Assembly (NCBI GenBank): GCA_002633005.1
Contig: NMRA01000071.1
Coordinates: 1,081,893 to 1,145,892, forward strand
DNA: 64,000 nucleotides
Reading direction: 5' to 3'
Origin: Phoronis australis
Lineage: Eukaryota; Animalia; Phoronida
Position numbers and translations under genes: made by a program. Positions 38,601 through 53,600 of the stretch are shown one piece after another. The notes under the pieces were generated by a model that saw only the letters and a list, made by a program, of their open reading frames with translations, was not told the DNA's origin and ran no database searches. The stretch's first letter is position 1, and each line of letters opens with the position of its first letter.

Positions 38601-41600
38601 AAATGTACTTGTATCCCAATATCAGACACCTACACTTTTGGATGTTCTTCAAAATTGCCATACACCTGTTTCTATGAAAAATAACTTAGAAAACGAATCT
38701 GTTTTTGCTTGTTGCTTGTTGTGATTGCACGTCATTTATTTGCGTGATACATGTAAGTACAGGCAGTCCGTTATTGTTGCGCTAAGAAATTATTGTCCGG
38801 AAAGTTTGGTTTCACGATCGAACACTAGATGGGACATTTAGTTCGCATACTTGTTTTGCAAGCCACCAGGTGGAATTACATGTATTGATTGGTATGTTAT
38901 TTATACATATTTTCTAGGGCCAGATTTCGTTGCTTCATTTGAAGAGGGCGACAAAGTTTACTTCGTTTTCAGGGAGGTTGCTGTTGAGGATCAAAACTGT
39001 GGCAAGGTACTGCAAGAGACAAGTGAGCCAAGGGCAATGTGAAAATGTTGAAGGTTTGATACAGATGATACACATGTAGCAAATATCACGCGATAACGAG
39101 CAGTTCATGCAACACCATTTCGATTGTTTTCGTAACACACATTCATACTCAGCGAGCATTGCTACTTACCAGAATAATTACGAGGCAAATTATGAAACAA
39201 GTATTATTCTAAACTAGGCGTAAACAAAATCAACCCTTACTGAAGAATAGAAGATTAGTTGTCCCAGGAGTCGTGTCATTGTTTGAAACCAATTATATTG
39301 ATATGCGACACACCAAAGCAAGTCAGTCGTTGTGATGTCATAAACATGAAAAGCATACAATGCTGAGGTCTTTGTGCCTCGTGGACGACCTCAGGTATGA
39401 TTTTAGGTATGGGCGTACCACTGACCGGTTGCATGAAACCGTCGCAAACAGGCGCTAAATGGAGTTTCCTAAATCTAATTTGTAATTGTGGGCTTGCAAA
39501 AACAGTGACTGTGCTTTCATATGCAAGTTTCATTACATGGCCAAATTTTGGCTGTTTTCAAATCGAATGTGAACACTACGTCGTGACCCCAGTATTATTG
39601 CACATAATGGCCAGAAGTGTTCTTTCCATGCAAGGCCCTAATCTAAAAAGTAAATCCCTGATTGTTTTGATTGAATTAAGGGTTCTGGTTTCAGTAATAT
39701 TATTTGAAGTTGTAACAAACGCAAAATGTTGAAAAAACATTACATATGTGAGTTTTCAAGGCAACAAACATGCGAATTACATTAAGGAAACTAAGTTGAG
39801 TCCCTGATAGGGACTGTTTCATGCAACTGGACACAGAAACCTTTCTTCAGATGTAGTTGCAGTACCTGTGAAGGCTAGATACGCATTTGTCATCTCCTTA
39901 ATTTAAAGTGTAGGCCTAGTATCTTAGAATGGCATATGTGATGTTACGTTCTCCTCTACAACCGGCAAATCTGAGAGCGCAAACAGTAGATTCATGTCTT
40001 AATCTTGCAAACTGTTGAATGGATTTAGCCATATTAGCAAGAGAATTCAATTCAGTCACTTTACTTTTGTAGATCGAAGTTTTCTAATAACTGTTACTGA
40101 TGACATTAGGTATTTCAATGAAGTCTTCTGACTGTGCGACATTGCACGTAGTGATTAGGAAGTCCTCCATGGGTTTGGGCATGCAGAGTTCTTAACTTGG
40201 GTTGTGTTACAAGGGACTCAACCCAAACATGTTTCGAGTATTCAAATAGTTTGTTTCCAGCATCTATTATGTTACAAGTAGTCAAATTTTGAAAGGAGGA
40301 TTGCATGCCAGTTAACTTCAACAAATTTTGATACCGTCTATCCAACCAGTTTTACCAACAGAATAGTCCCATAGAAATACCCTTTTCATTAACCTATTAC
40401 CATTTGTGGTCACTAGTTTTTTTCCAGTGACCCAACCTATTCAATTTAAACGTGTTTCCGATCGAGTTCCACCCCATGTAACCAGTAAGGGCATAAGTGG
40501 CTATAAAGCGGTTGCCTCCTAGATCATTACGGTATTTTCTCGTTTGTCTATCATTAGGTTGGGAAGATGGCCCCTGTAGCCAATATCTTACACGACTGGT
40601 GAACTCTATTTTGGCATTGATGGTTGGAAGACCAGCTCTCTTTAGTTCGATAATTGCTCCAATCACCAATCAGACAAATATTAAGTTATAGCATATTTGA
40701 ATATAAACCATTAGCATTTCTGAATTCCTCGTTAAATGTTGATCATGTTTATTTTTAAATTATCAAAATCGCTAAATCCGAAGTTACGATAATCTATTAT
40801 TTCTGTATGTACCAATTCGCTCTGGGTTTGACTGTGTTCACACGTCGTACGTATTACGCCTGGGAAATAATTGACCTTCCTGTTGTCATAGCAGACAAAA
40901 GACTGTGCTCGGTAGTTAACAAAGGAACTTGATGTTACCACACGCTCACAACCCTCTACTTCTGGTGTAGTCACTGAACGGGAGAACGCCAATGGGATGA
41001 CCCGTAATCCAAGATTGGTACCACACACCAATTAAATAATGTTAAAAAAGTTTCGAACACTAGATTCTTGTTAACACGTAATGCTGAGCATATCTTCCCT
41101 AACGCCCTTCTAGAGCAAAATATTTGGCATAAATAAACACTGAAATACATGTATTGTTAGGCCCACAGGTGACACTTTTACCCAATTTTTTAATGTCCAA
41201 AGCTAAGTCATTTATACATATGGCAAAGTGTGTCGGTTATACATGTAAAATTTCCCCCTCACGGACATCATATTCAGTAGTAAACCAGCCACTGTACACT
41301 GTATATAGTGCCATTTAATCTCATACAATTCAAAGGACGTCTGTAAACAATTTGATTACCCTTCTACCATAGATATTGTTTTGGAACAATTTTTAAGCAG
41401 AAGTTCATGATTTTTCCAGTCAAAAGCTTTTTTCATGTGCACAAATATCACAAATGTTGAAAGGTTAGACGATTTCTTATTTGAATAATTGATGACAGGA
41501 CATATTAATGATCAATACAGGACTTCGAAAACCATTTTGCTCGTCAACGAAAATATTATTCTGTTCAAAAAAACAAAATTCTATAGTTCAATGTTATAAT

Positions 41601-44600
41601 GAGTTTATGAATACTTGAAAGAAGACTAATACCAGTGTAGATCAAAGGAATTCTAGGGTCGTCAGTAGAATTCTTAGGTATCGGAATTATAATAACCTTA
41701 TACTAATCAGAAGGAAATAGACCACGTTTAAAAGATTCATTAATCAAATGGGTTAGAAAAACAAATAGTTTGGAATCTTAACACCTCATAAGGTATGCAG
41801 TCATAGTCGATGGTTTTATTGTTCTTTTTTTTCTTAACAACATTTCCAATCTCATCAATAGAAATTTCACGATTTAAGTCATGATCAATTACATTACAAC
41901 AAATATTTTCTAGCTGCTTGTGCAAGTTCAAAATTCATCATCAAATGGTGTATTTTCAGAAGTGAATTTATATAATTTTTCGTAATCATTTTCATTTTTT
42001 AGAACAAAATTTCTTTCAGAGTTTATTTTATTACGTAAATCCAACACTTCCAGGAGAACTTCGCCAAACTCTTTTGGTATCATTTTTTAACAAATTATCA
42101 GAAATCCTTAGGATTTTCAGTGTTCAGATTCTCAATTTCAATCTGAACTTTCAAATGGTACATGTATATGTATGAAGTTTTCGTGCATTTTAGTTTCTTG
42201 TCCAATTTGTATTGATCAGAGATCAAAAAATGTTTGTAGAGCATTCAAATCCCGTGTCCGCTTTGACCTCTTGAATTTTTTTCCATGTAGTTTATTTTTT
42301 TCTACAAATGGTTAAGCTGCAGATTTCAGTGAGGCTGTTTCCTTTTAAAATATTTCCTTTGTTTAGGACTCGGATAATAATTCTTGTAATCCAGCAATGA
42401 TTCCATTTCCTGAATGAACAGACCAACAAATGACTGAAGTTCATTGGATAACAATCTTGAATCAATTAAACGTGAATGTTCTTCATTAGATGTCACTTTA
42501 TTATTGAATTCTACTGGTATATTGCACGTGTCATATATACGTTTTTTTTTGAAAGTGTATTTAAATCGATAACCGAGTATGTTCTGTGTATTCTTCAATA
42601 AATATATATCACCTTGAGAAAATGGTTCATTGAACACACGACGTTCATGGCTAAAATAAATATGCAGCTCCCGTTTACAGTATCAATGGCATATAATTGT
42701 TCCTATTGCGATTAACTTATTGAACGCCTATCGGATAACAAGCATGCAACTGGCTAATTTTGTCTTTTGAAGTGTTTGATTTAAATGCTTGGTAAACTGC
42801 TTAATATTTCTTTCAGCGTATCTACTCCAGGATAAGTCGCTTGTGCAAAACGGATACAGGGGGCACTTTAACTAACGACAAAATCTTTATGTCGTTTTTC
42901 AAAGCTAGAATAGAGTGTTCCATTCCAGGAGAGTTTCCATTTCACTTTAATGAAATCCGTAAGTAGAGGTGTCAGTTGTTGACCGACATAGGTCTTAGTT
43001 TCACATGTTCTATTACGGTTCTGTTTGTTTAAAACCTGGTAGACCTTGACTGAATTGTCTATGGGGTCAGACCACTGATGATGTTATTTGTTAACACTAG
43101 AATAGCAGGGGCCATTCTTGATTTTATTATGTCAGCGATTTGTGAAGTCTGGAACATTCTGTTTGTAAAATGATTGCTTAAATTCTGGAAAGTTCTAGAA
43201 TGTGCTTAAAGTGGTGAAAATTTCCAAACCATTGCAAGAGGCCATACGTAGTCAGCATGAGTTATTTCAGCTGTTACTGCTGAACGTGAATTAAAAGCAT
43301 GTTACAGTTAAAGCAATAGTTGAGTTGCAGAGAGGAGAACCAACACTTACAGTGAAAGTCAATAGAGAGACAGCTATAGGTTATTAAGTCAACGAGTACA
43401 ACAGTTTCTGCTGGTGTGTCAGAAGGTCACCACTATGCAAGTCTTCCAAGCACTGGCTAGACCGTATAACAGACATTACGTCAGACTTTTTGTTTGAGAA
43501 GACATGTAAACGCACGGTCTATGTTAATGAAGTGATTAACTCGATCCAGTGCGCAGTCTAAGACAGTGTATCTTATTGGGTTCAAATTAAATGATGAAAA
43601 TATTGAGTGAAGATCCCGTTTGAAACCAACGAACCATACCTTGATGTGGTAAGCCTCCTGCCAATTCGTTCATATCTCACGGACCTGATTCACCACAATG
43701 GGCGCCCTCTGTCGTTGTAAAACAAAACAGTAAAAAACACTACAGTCACTCCCTAACGTCGCGGGGTCATCGCTAACTGATCTGGATACTGAAGGTAAGA
43801 GACGTATACTGAGGCCTATGGAATGGACATAACCTGCTCTCAGTCGTCCCAAGAACGACTACTCAAACCTAGACAACCAGAAGGTTGACCAGAAGAAATT
43901 GCCTTGCAGAGGAAAGGAGCCTTTTCTGCCACAATGTATGACACTTCACTAGACTTAGGTAAAGCAGCATCAAAAGTCAACCACTGTGGCGCTGAAGTGT
44001 GACCAGAGAGATCCGGTGAAGCGTGGTAAAACTGGACCACATTCAAAAGAAATCTCTGTCTTAAGGAGGGATATGTTGACACGAAGAAGTTATCACTTCT
44101 AAGAGGCAGAGGCTGCAAAACCTTAGAGGTTCAATCCAGTCTAATCGAATCAGGCGACAAGACCTGCCGAAAGTGGCCATATGACATAGCAGACTCAATC
44201 AAGTGTGTGAGAGAGAGAGAGACAGAGAGAGAGAGAGAACGCTTTTATTTACATTACATCATAATAATACATTGATTAGGCCTTCTAAAGGTTATTGACC
44301 GTTAAAAAGAAGGTTCCCTGTACAAATGGAAATGGAAAACTCAGTAGGAATACTTAAGAAAACAGTGAATTAGTGCTGAAAACGACCGACACGCCAGGAA
44401 CCAAGAAGTAAACTGGCACAGCTCAGGAGATTTTGAGAATACAATTAGATACTGTTACATATGGAGCAGTTGGAAACATGAGAAACTGGATCGTAGTTGC
44501 TAATAATAAAATTGGTTAAGAACCTGGAGAATGCTTGCAAAGAATGCGTTTTCATTATATTTAGAGCAGAGACTGGTATTTCGTTGTTGTTGAAAAGTCG

Positions 44601-47600
44601 AGTAATCTGAAATCTAATACAGGCTCTTGATGACAATTTGTTGGACGGAGGAATTTTGGGTTGAATTGTCGGTATAGCATCTGAGTATTGATTCAGGTAT
44701 GTAGGAGTTTTAATGTGTCTGGTTGGTTTATATTGGATGGGTTTAGTAACGAAGTTGTTAGTGTAAAAATACTTAGGAAGCTGATTATTGAGGAATTTGT
44801 AATAAAATTTTGCAGTTGAGATTTTAAAGATGTCTTGAATTAGAGGGAGGCGAAGTTCCTTACATATATGTAGAGAGTGAGCGTTATAACTGGAATTTGA
44901 TATATTCCTAAGGAGTCTTTTCTGGGCTGTCTGAAGTTTCTCAGTTTTGCCAGAAACCAAAAGTTGCAGTGTCATAGGTTAAATGTGGGAGGACAAGTGA
45001 ATTATATATCAGCTTGAGAGCTGGAAGAGGAAGATAAGATTTCAATTTGTATGAGAGTCCACCGAGATTGTTAAGTTTGTTTGAGATGAGGTTAATGTGG
45101 GGGGACCATGAGAGGTTTTTGTCAACAGTAATACCAAGGAAAGGAAAACTGTTCACATGACACATTGTTTTGCAATTTATATAAATGGTGGGAATAATAC
45201 ATTCTTCAATTTACTTTTGGGGGTAGTGGAAGATCATTAATTTACCTTTTGATGTGTTAATTGAAAGTTTGTTCACAGAAAACCAGTCTGAAATAGATTT
45301 GAGGTTGTTGTTGATGGTGGTTGATTGCTGTAAAGTGTGTTGGGAAGATTCAGTCAGTTTGTAAGGTGTGACGAGGCAAGTATCGTCAGCATAAAGAAGT
45401 GTGTCCATGGGAGAAGAAAACGAAAGATCATTTATGTAAACTAGGAAGAGAAGTGGGCCAAGGACAGAGCCTTGGGGAACTCCGGTAGATATTGGTAACC
45501 AACTTGAAGTTGTATCACTTAGTGAAACATATTGGGTGCGGTTTGAGAGATAACTCTTAAACAGTGCATATTCAACTCCAGTGATACCATAGTGATTTAT
45601 CTTTTGATTACGCTGCGTGTCGCTAAGATCAAAATCAAGGCACGGGAGAATTATTTAAAATGTGTATAAACCTGCCAATGGCCGATTCAGTCATCGGGAT
45701 GCACCTTCGTCATGGGAGATGTTGAGCGACAGCAAACAACAACTGCAGTGAACAAGACAGGTGCAAGCAATGGACTGGAGGAGCTTCCGAAAGGTTAATC
45801 TAAAATTGTCACTAATTCTTAAGAGAAGCACCTAGAAGCCTTAAGAGCATGTTCGCGAAAGGACCAGGCAGAGGGTGATAAACGCTATGTCACAGATTCT
45901 CTTTATATTTTGTCTGTGAGATGACACTGGCCCCAATGACTCCTGACCACCTTTATTTTTTTTCAAAACGCCCCCTTTTGGTTTCCATGGATACTATTTG
46001 TTTCCGACAAGTTTTCAGCCTGGCGGCAGTTAAGTTTTAGTAAAATTCCGAAAGTTACGTTACGCAGTGGAAGTAACGTTGAAATATTGAACCTGTGTTA
46101 TTGATCAGATGTGACCTTCGACTATTTTATTCATGAAAATTTAAAAGATTTCGATAATTTTTGTCTGATTTTAGAGCCGCATAAGATAAGTACTTTTAGT
46201 GATTTTTGAAGCTGTCAAAATTGGCTTAATTCGTATCCCGATATCTCAGCTGGCACAGGTTTCAGAACATTTTAGTGCCAACCAGTGTGTTGAGCTATTT
46301 TAGGTCTACAAAATAAGACAAAAAAATTTCCTGGCGCGCACGGATTTCATGTCATTTGAAGTCAAAAATGACTGGTGGTTACGCCATTTCACCACAATGA
46401 GTAGTGCCGACAAACGTCAACAAAAAGTGAACATCTGTTAATAGTTGGCCAGCAAACGGCGAATCAATTTATCATTCATCAAATTTCGTGTTTTCTAGGC
46501 ACCGAGGGTACACTACTTTATTTCTAAAAAGTGCTCGTAGTCATGGAATTAGGATACTTACTACGCAAATAGCAGTACCTTTTGCGAGAGTCGAAATTCA
46601 AATCTCACTGGTTTTACAAAGCCCAGTAATCTTATTTGCACTGCTAAAAACAAAAAAAAACGCCGACAAATCATTTTCATAACATTTTCCTTCAAAAATC
46701 GTGTTGCCCTCTTCCCACTTGCGACGTTCCAAATCTTACAGTGTTGTATGAACAAGATCATTTATTTATGGTTTTATCTGTGAATGTCCTGTTTACAATG
46801 ATGCTTACTGTGGGTTAGCTGTGGAGTGTGTCTGAACAAACATTTCTTTAGGAATCTTCAAGTGGTTTTGATGCAGGGCGTTGAAAGCGGAGGACAGTGT
46901 CAAGGTGAAAGACTCATTGGCAATTACAGGCAAATGCAAAACCACTGGTCAGAGTCATTCCGTGGACGTTATATAGCCGCCAATGTCACAATAACTTCAC
47001 TTTTGAAGTGGTATGGCTGGCTAATGTTATCATTTTGTTATCTGCTCATTTTGCTGTGCTTGACACAAGTGAAAAATGGGAGACATTCGAGTAGCAATGG
47101 GGGCTGACAACAAGGGACCAGCTACCAGTGAGAAGATATTTCACCTGAGCAGTGGGAGGCACAGAGGAACGTACTTGAATAAGTGTTTGTGACTAGTTGT
47201 GAGAAGTCTAAAGAGTGAATTCATATTACTTCCCAGTCCTCCAGAGGGCAAAGGTACATGTATCCTGCTCCAGGTGATCAGCTGTTACTTGACTATATAA
47301 ATGCCTCATGTTGCAAGCAATATCCACTGCAGAGGTCACGTGAAAGAAGTGAGGATGATAAAGGCTGCTTTCAGTTTAAAGTCCATAAGTACACGACAAG
47401 TATTGTATTGCAGCTCATGTTTGTCCATGACTTTTCAGCAGACAAACAATATACAGCATAAAAAATTTTGAAACTCAGTTCAAAATATAACTTCATGCAC
47501 ATTGGGTTCTAACTGCTAATTAGTATTCGAGGTGCTTTAATAGCAAGACTACCAACTTTCTAAGGCAAAATCACATCAGAGATATCTAAATGAGGTATTT

Positions 47601-50600
47601 GATCTAAGTGCTAATGGACTGGCTCAAACAGGAGACTCCTATGTTAGTTGTTCAAAATACGTCAGGTGATCTCGCTTACATGTACCTCCTCATCCCATAC
47701 GGTACACGTAACTCCCCAGTCTGTATATACAATGTTGGACCACTTTTAAGTAAAAAGTGACATTTAATGCGACCAGAATATGGTTTAACACTCATTGTCT
47801 GGTTAATTTATACAAACTACCATGGAAAACACGAGATGTCTAAATGTGTTAAAAGATCTAAATACCAGTGAATTGGCTCAAACATGACACTCCTGATGTT
47901 AACAATTCAGAATACAGGTGACCTCGGCACCTCCCTTAACTCATCATCACATACCGTACAACTAACTCTCATTCTGCAAAAGCAATGTTGGAACAGATTA
48001 AAGTCAAAATGATATTTAATGTGGCTGTAATCTGGTTTAACACTGGTCATCCACTTAAGTGGTACAAAGTAGCATGGAAAAACGAGATATGTAAATGTGT
48101 TCTTTGACCTAAATGCCAGTGAATTGGTTCAAGTATGCCTAAGTCACTACCTTTCCTTAGGCTTGTACATACGTTAACACTCAGATAAGGCTTCGCTTTT
48201 TAGTTAAGAGAGATTGAGTGTAATGTGAGTTTGAAAGATGAAAACTGAAATACCAGCATCTTTAAATAAACTGGACAGCAAAGATTCGACCAGAACACTG
48301 ACTAAACATCCTAAATTTTACTGACAAAATCACAGCAAGTGTTGCTATATTGCATTTTGCATTTATCTCAGTTTCTACAATATCACATCAATAACAACTG
48401 GTTAAATCACTCAGACAACCCAACAAGGCAGCCAAGCATGAAAATAAACCTTTATCCTGTTGTAGTGTCAGTCAGCCTTCCTCCCGAAACTGCTCATCCG
48501 TCTTCACCGCCTGTGCAGTTCTTGCGGGTCTGCTTTGTTGCTCTACTTTCTGAAAATGACAGGCAGGTTGTAACACTCTCGAATTATAAAACTTTTTGCA
48601 GAACTTTGCAGGGCCCAGCCACTACACAGGTGTGACTGCCGCTGAGTGATCCAATGATTTTAGCTGAGATAATTCATTTTACCCATGGAGTGTAATATGT
48701 AAAACGTCCACAAGTACAACAAGAAAAAACACTGTGGGTAATTGGTTTATTTTTGCCAGTTTGATTGGATTCCTTTGGACATCAAATGAATATCATATCC
48801 AAACAACAAATGACAACATACATGTAATGGTACTCATAAAAAATAACGACACGCTATGATTTCCAGAATTACATAATTCACTGACAGCTGAAGTGAAAAG
48901 AAATTCCGGCATGCAGGTTGTCAGTTAAAATTGGAATTTATAATGCTATAACTACATCAATATATCTATAGAAAAAATACTTCCTGTAACGAACTAAAAA
49001 GAAGATGCATAACAACAAGATCGGATGTTGAAAAGTAAATGTCAATGAGATATTGCATTTTCCGCTTGCCACAAGTACAGGCCACTAGATGCACATAATC
49101 TCAGACTAAACTTACAACTAACACAAGACGCTACTAGTAAGTGGACTGAATAGCTCTAGGCTAGCCTAGACTCCAACAACGGCGACAGGGCAGGTATATC
49201 ACTGATTTGCCCTTAGGAATACAATACTGTTAATCAGTTGTTTACAGTGATGCAGGCATAGGACTACTAAATTTCACCAGTGTGTACAATAAAAAGCTCT
49301 GTCTACACTACATATTCAAAAACAAGTACTGTTGTTACATTTTTGTGGTACATGCATGGTCATGCAGTTTGTGATCTTCCTGAAAGGAGGACCAGTAACT
49401 TGCATTGAATGGTACTGTATTAGAATAACAACTGTTGTTTCTAGCTGTGCTAACTGGTTGTCGAATCATATATCCACAAAACTGACTATTACCGCTACAA
49501 TGCTATCGTGATAACCTCAAATTCAAACAAAGCAGTAGTAGTACTCACCAGATTCAACAGGAAAGAACACAAATGCATTGACATTGTTGAGTTCCTGTGA
49601 AAGTAAGTTGACTTTAGACATTTCAACCAGCATCCCCACTTCAGGCTTGGCACGTGAGCTACCACTAATGAAATGGGTGTTTGCAGAGTCTACATGGTTT
49701 CCACAGAATTCCAAGATCAGCCCGGTGTCTTGCCCTTGTCTTGGACGCAGTCACACAGGCGTGACACGGGTCCCGTGAACACGCACTTGTAAATTGTCCG
49801 ACTCTCGCCAAAATCAGTTGCCGCACAGTCTGTAGGTGCGGTGGTTTGCTACTCACTTTATGCCGCATCAAGATTTCACACATGTGCAGAGGACATTCTT
49901 TTGAGGTTCCATACACTTCATCACACTCCATCATACTAGCAGATAACACGTAGAGCAACTCAGGATCAACCATTTTGCCACCACTTAAGTGACACCTGTT
50001 GTTGGACACTGGGTTCACGAAAAACGCGGAATTTTAATTAAAAAGGAAAAATACCTTAAATAATTGCCCCTGACTTAATGACACGTAACTAAATATTAAT
50101 AAATCAATTTTTGAATCAAAACTATCCACTTTATTGGTGTTGTAATGTCCCAAACAGGTATCGGTATTGAAGGTAATTTCTAATCAGGTGGTTGTCGCAA
50201 TCTTGCAATTTGTATAGAAAAATGCTCAGTGCCAGAAAATTTTATTGTATTAATCAACAACAATAAGATAGAAACGTCTTGTGTAAAAGTCTGGTGTTGA
50301 TCAGTGTTGTGCCAGCTGAGATACACGGGCTCAAAGTGTGGCGTAATTGCAATGCCTTGTTAACCTCTGACCCCTCTATAATTTATGCCTGAAATTTTTA
50401 ACTTAGCGGCAGAGTTAATGAGTATTGTTTACCATTTTGTAAAGCCGAAGACTTGCTTTATTTAAAAATTACAAACAAATAACGGATCTCGTGCGCCGAT
50501 ATTTTTTATTGTGCAGTGCAAATAAGGCATTTTCGGCGAGATCATTGCATGGCATACCCCCAAAATAGAGGCTCCCTGATTTCTCCCCCATAAACAAGGT

Positions 50601-53600
50601 AAAATGAGGTTGGACTTTACTGTTTTGTTTATCATCCCAAAAGTAACTAAAATGCATAGTATGGTTCAAAGCGGTGACATTGGGTTTATCATCCCTCTGG
50701 GCATTTTTCCTGCTGTGAGCCGTACTTCACTCTTAAATGCAGAGGAAGAGAAGACGATTGACATTTCAGTAGGAGCGTATCCCGAAATATGCAGCTGAAA
50801 GCGGTTTCAGTATCTTCCAGGCCTCAGGTAGAGCGCCAAAAAAGCGGACGACACTAATCCAGTGGGAGTACTTAAGATTATAAATAACTTGGGACTGAGA
50901 CGCTTGCAAGAAGCCCAGAGAGAAAATTCATCACTCTAAAGATATGTAGTGGGGTCAAGCTAGAGTCGAGATCAAACATCAGATCCAAGGCAAACAGCAT
51001 GCATCACGGAGGTCTACTCCGGGATACACTATCGGATTTTCAAGAATAAGGACAGTGATGTTGTGAAACAAGTTGTTGTGCAGGGAAAGTTACGTAAATG
51101 TGAGGTAATGTAAACCAATTTTAAGAAGGTAACTGACATATCACCCTCATTAACGTCTCTATCTAAACTTACAGCGCCTGATTTGTTGTGTCCGGAGGGT
51201 GACCGTATTTCGTATCACTCCTTCTAAATCACGAACTGTGCACTTGTACGATAATCAGAGGTGTTGTGTCACTCGTCCTCAATCATGTCAACTGACGTCT
51301 ATTATAGATGTTGCGGAAATTTTGAGTCTCACTTTTAAGCCTGCAATGACCAAATATTTACATCACCGACATATTTAATCACGTCCAGGTTTGCGTGTCC
51401 GTTTTCAGATTCTATGAGCAAAATAGCATTGGGCAACGTCAACGCTTCAGTGAGTGCAAACAAAATGTTTTATGCTGTTTTCACAACACCCAGGTAAATT
51501 AAGTTTTTCCGTTGTTTCACTATTTCTTCATGTTCAGACATACTTTCCTTGTTTGAAGCTATTCACTAGCAACTGCACGTTTACAATAATTGCATGTAAA
51601 TGTATCGAGATGACTATACTCCTCCTCACAGAGGGTTCTTACAACTGCTTCACTATTGGTTAGGCCGATCGCTTCCAAAACATAGTTCACTTTGATAACA
51701 TCAAAAAACAGTCAATGATAAGCTGTTGTTTTGAAATGAACTCTGAGAATGATTGGTTTGCTGCAAAGTAAAGAAATTCAGGGTTTGGAAAATATTTCAA
51801 ATTATGGGAGGTGCATTTTATTATTCAGCTTGATCAAGTTAACGTTGCACAATGTGCAGTCACCAGGAGATCTGAAACAATATGGGGATATAACCTACAC
51901 GGCAGTTGCAGTTACTCAAATACATTATGAGTTGTTTGTAGGCACGTAAATGTCTCGTGACGTCACATAAAACCGTCCAATGACGGAAAACAATACCAGT
52001 CCTTCCATCTTATACTATCCTTCAAATGTTGGATATACTGCAACAAGTTGGCAGGCGTACAACTAATAACAAATCTCAAAATAGCTAAGTACACTAGAAA
52101 AATGTGTCAACAGGAAATAGCTCTCAGAATTATTGGTGAAATTCGAATAGTTGTACATGTACAATGTGCCACATAATATTCTCACAGTGCAACTGAGGAC
52201 AAATGCGTTGTTTGTTCATAGACTAAGATGAAGATTAGTGGTTTAAACTGACAAAAAAGGAGACTTAACGTGTGTAAAGCCACCATTTCTATACCAAAAT
52301 CAAGGAAAACACGCCACCTGTCGGTCGCTCGTGTTATTAGAACTCCCAAACACATACCGTGCGGTGTTTTACATAGATGGTCTTGAGATGCAAGCAATTA
52401 TTGGTCGATACACTCATTCTAGGTAGAATCAGGACAACTAACCACAGCAGTTAGTCATCCTCCATTGTGTTTAGTTTGAAAAGTCGCCATATATTGGTGC
52501 TGGGTTTCCCGTGGTTGATGGTATAGTGACAATGACAAACTGTTGAATTAGTGGATGCTGTGGCAACTCAGAGAAGCTTGGATATTGAACGAGCTTGTAC
52601 AAGAAAATTGCGTGTTTATGGACATGACGCACTGGCGCAGGTTGAGTTCATAAGTCATACTTATGTCCGAGGAATTAAGATATTTTCACTCAAAGTGTAG
52701 GCGTCCTTCTATGTTCTGGTGTTTTGGACGTTAACTTTATATGCTATGCCATAAAACAAGGTTTGATTATGTTAACATATAGTGATATGTGAATTGTGGT
52801 TTTAAGGAACTAAATCTTTAAATCAAGTTAAACACATTGATCTTTAACTTGAGAAGATTGAAAAGCATTCTTTTTGGGAAATCCAGTGAAATGCAATGCT
52901 GTAGGCGGATATAACTCCACGTTTGAAAACGACGATATGCTTACATCAGACTGTGGTTAAGTTATGAATCGCCATATGCTCGTTTTACCTCCGAAGAGGT
53001 TCTTTGCCTAGGCACCAGTGGTCAACCTCGCGCTGCACAGTTCCACGTAAACAAAACTGAAAATTAGTTGTTGGTATTTGTTTATCCTCATCTTGTAAAA
53101 ATTCAAATACGTAACATAAAGAATAGTAGCTGTTTCTGAATTTGAATTTAGGTATCCTGAAATTGGAATGATTACTTTCTGTTGTACATGTTGACTAGTG
53201 TTTTATAATACACTTCATTTTCGCAGAATTTTCCAAATGGTTGAGCATGCTCTAGGCTATCGTACATAGTTTCTCTATGAAGTTCACGTATACGCATGCC
53301 CTAGAGAACTCCTTGCTGCGTAAAATGCTCCAAACGGGCCCCCTAGGATGGAGGGTACCGGATGTATAAATCTGAAATTTTCCAAAGTACACACTAGAGT
53401 TATTCTTTAGCTTTGAAGTCCGACACAATTAGCAAATTAAATTGGAAAGTACGGAAATATAACATATAATGGAAGGAACTTGCCCTTTTGCGCTGGACCT
53501 CAGATTGTTCATACATGTACATGTATATTGTGGTGCAGTTTTGGGAAAGCTTGAAATATTTTATTCGTGTAGTGACTTCAAGGTATTTTGAAGACTGGGG

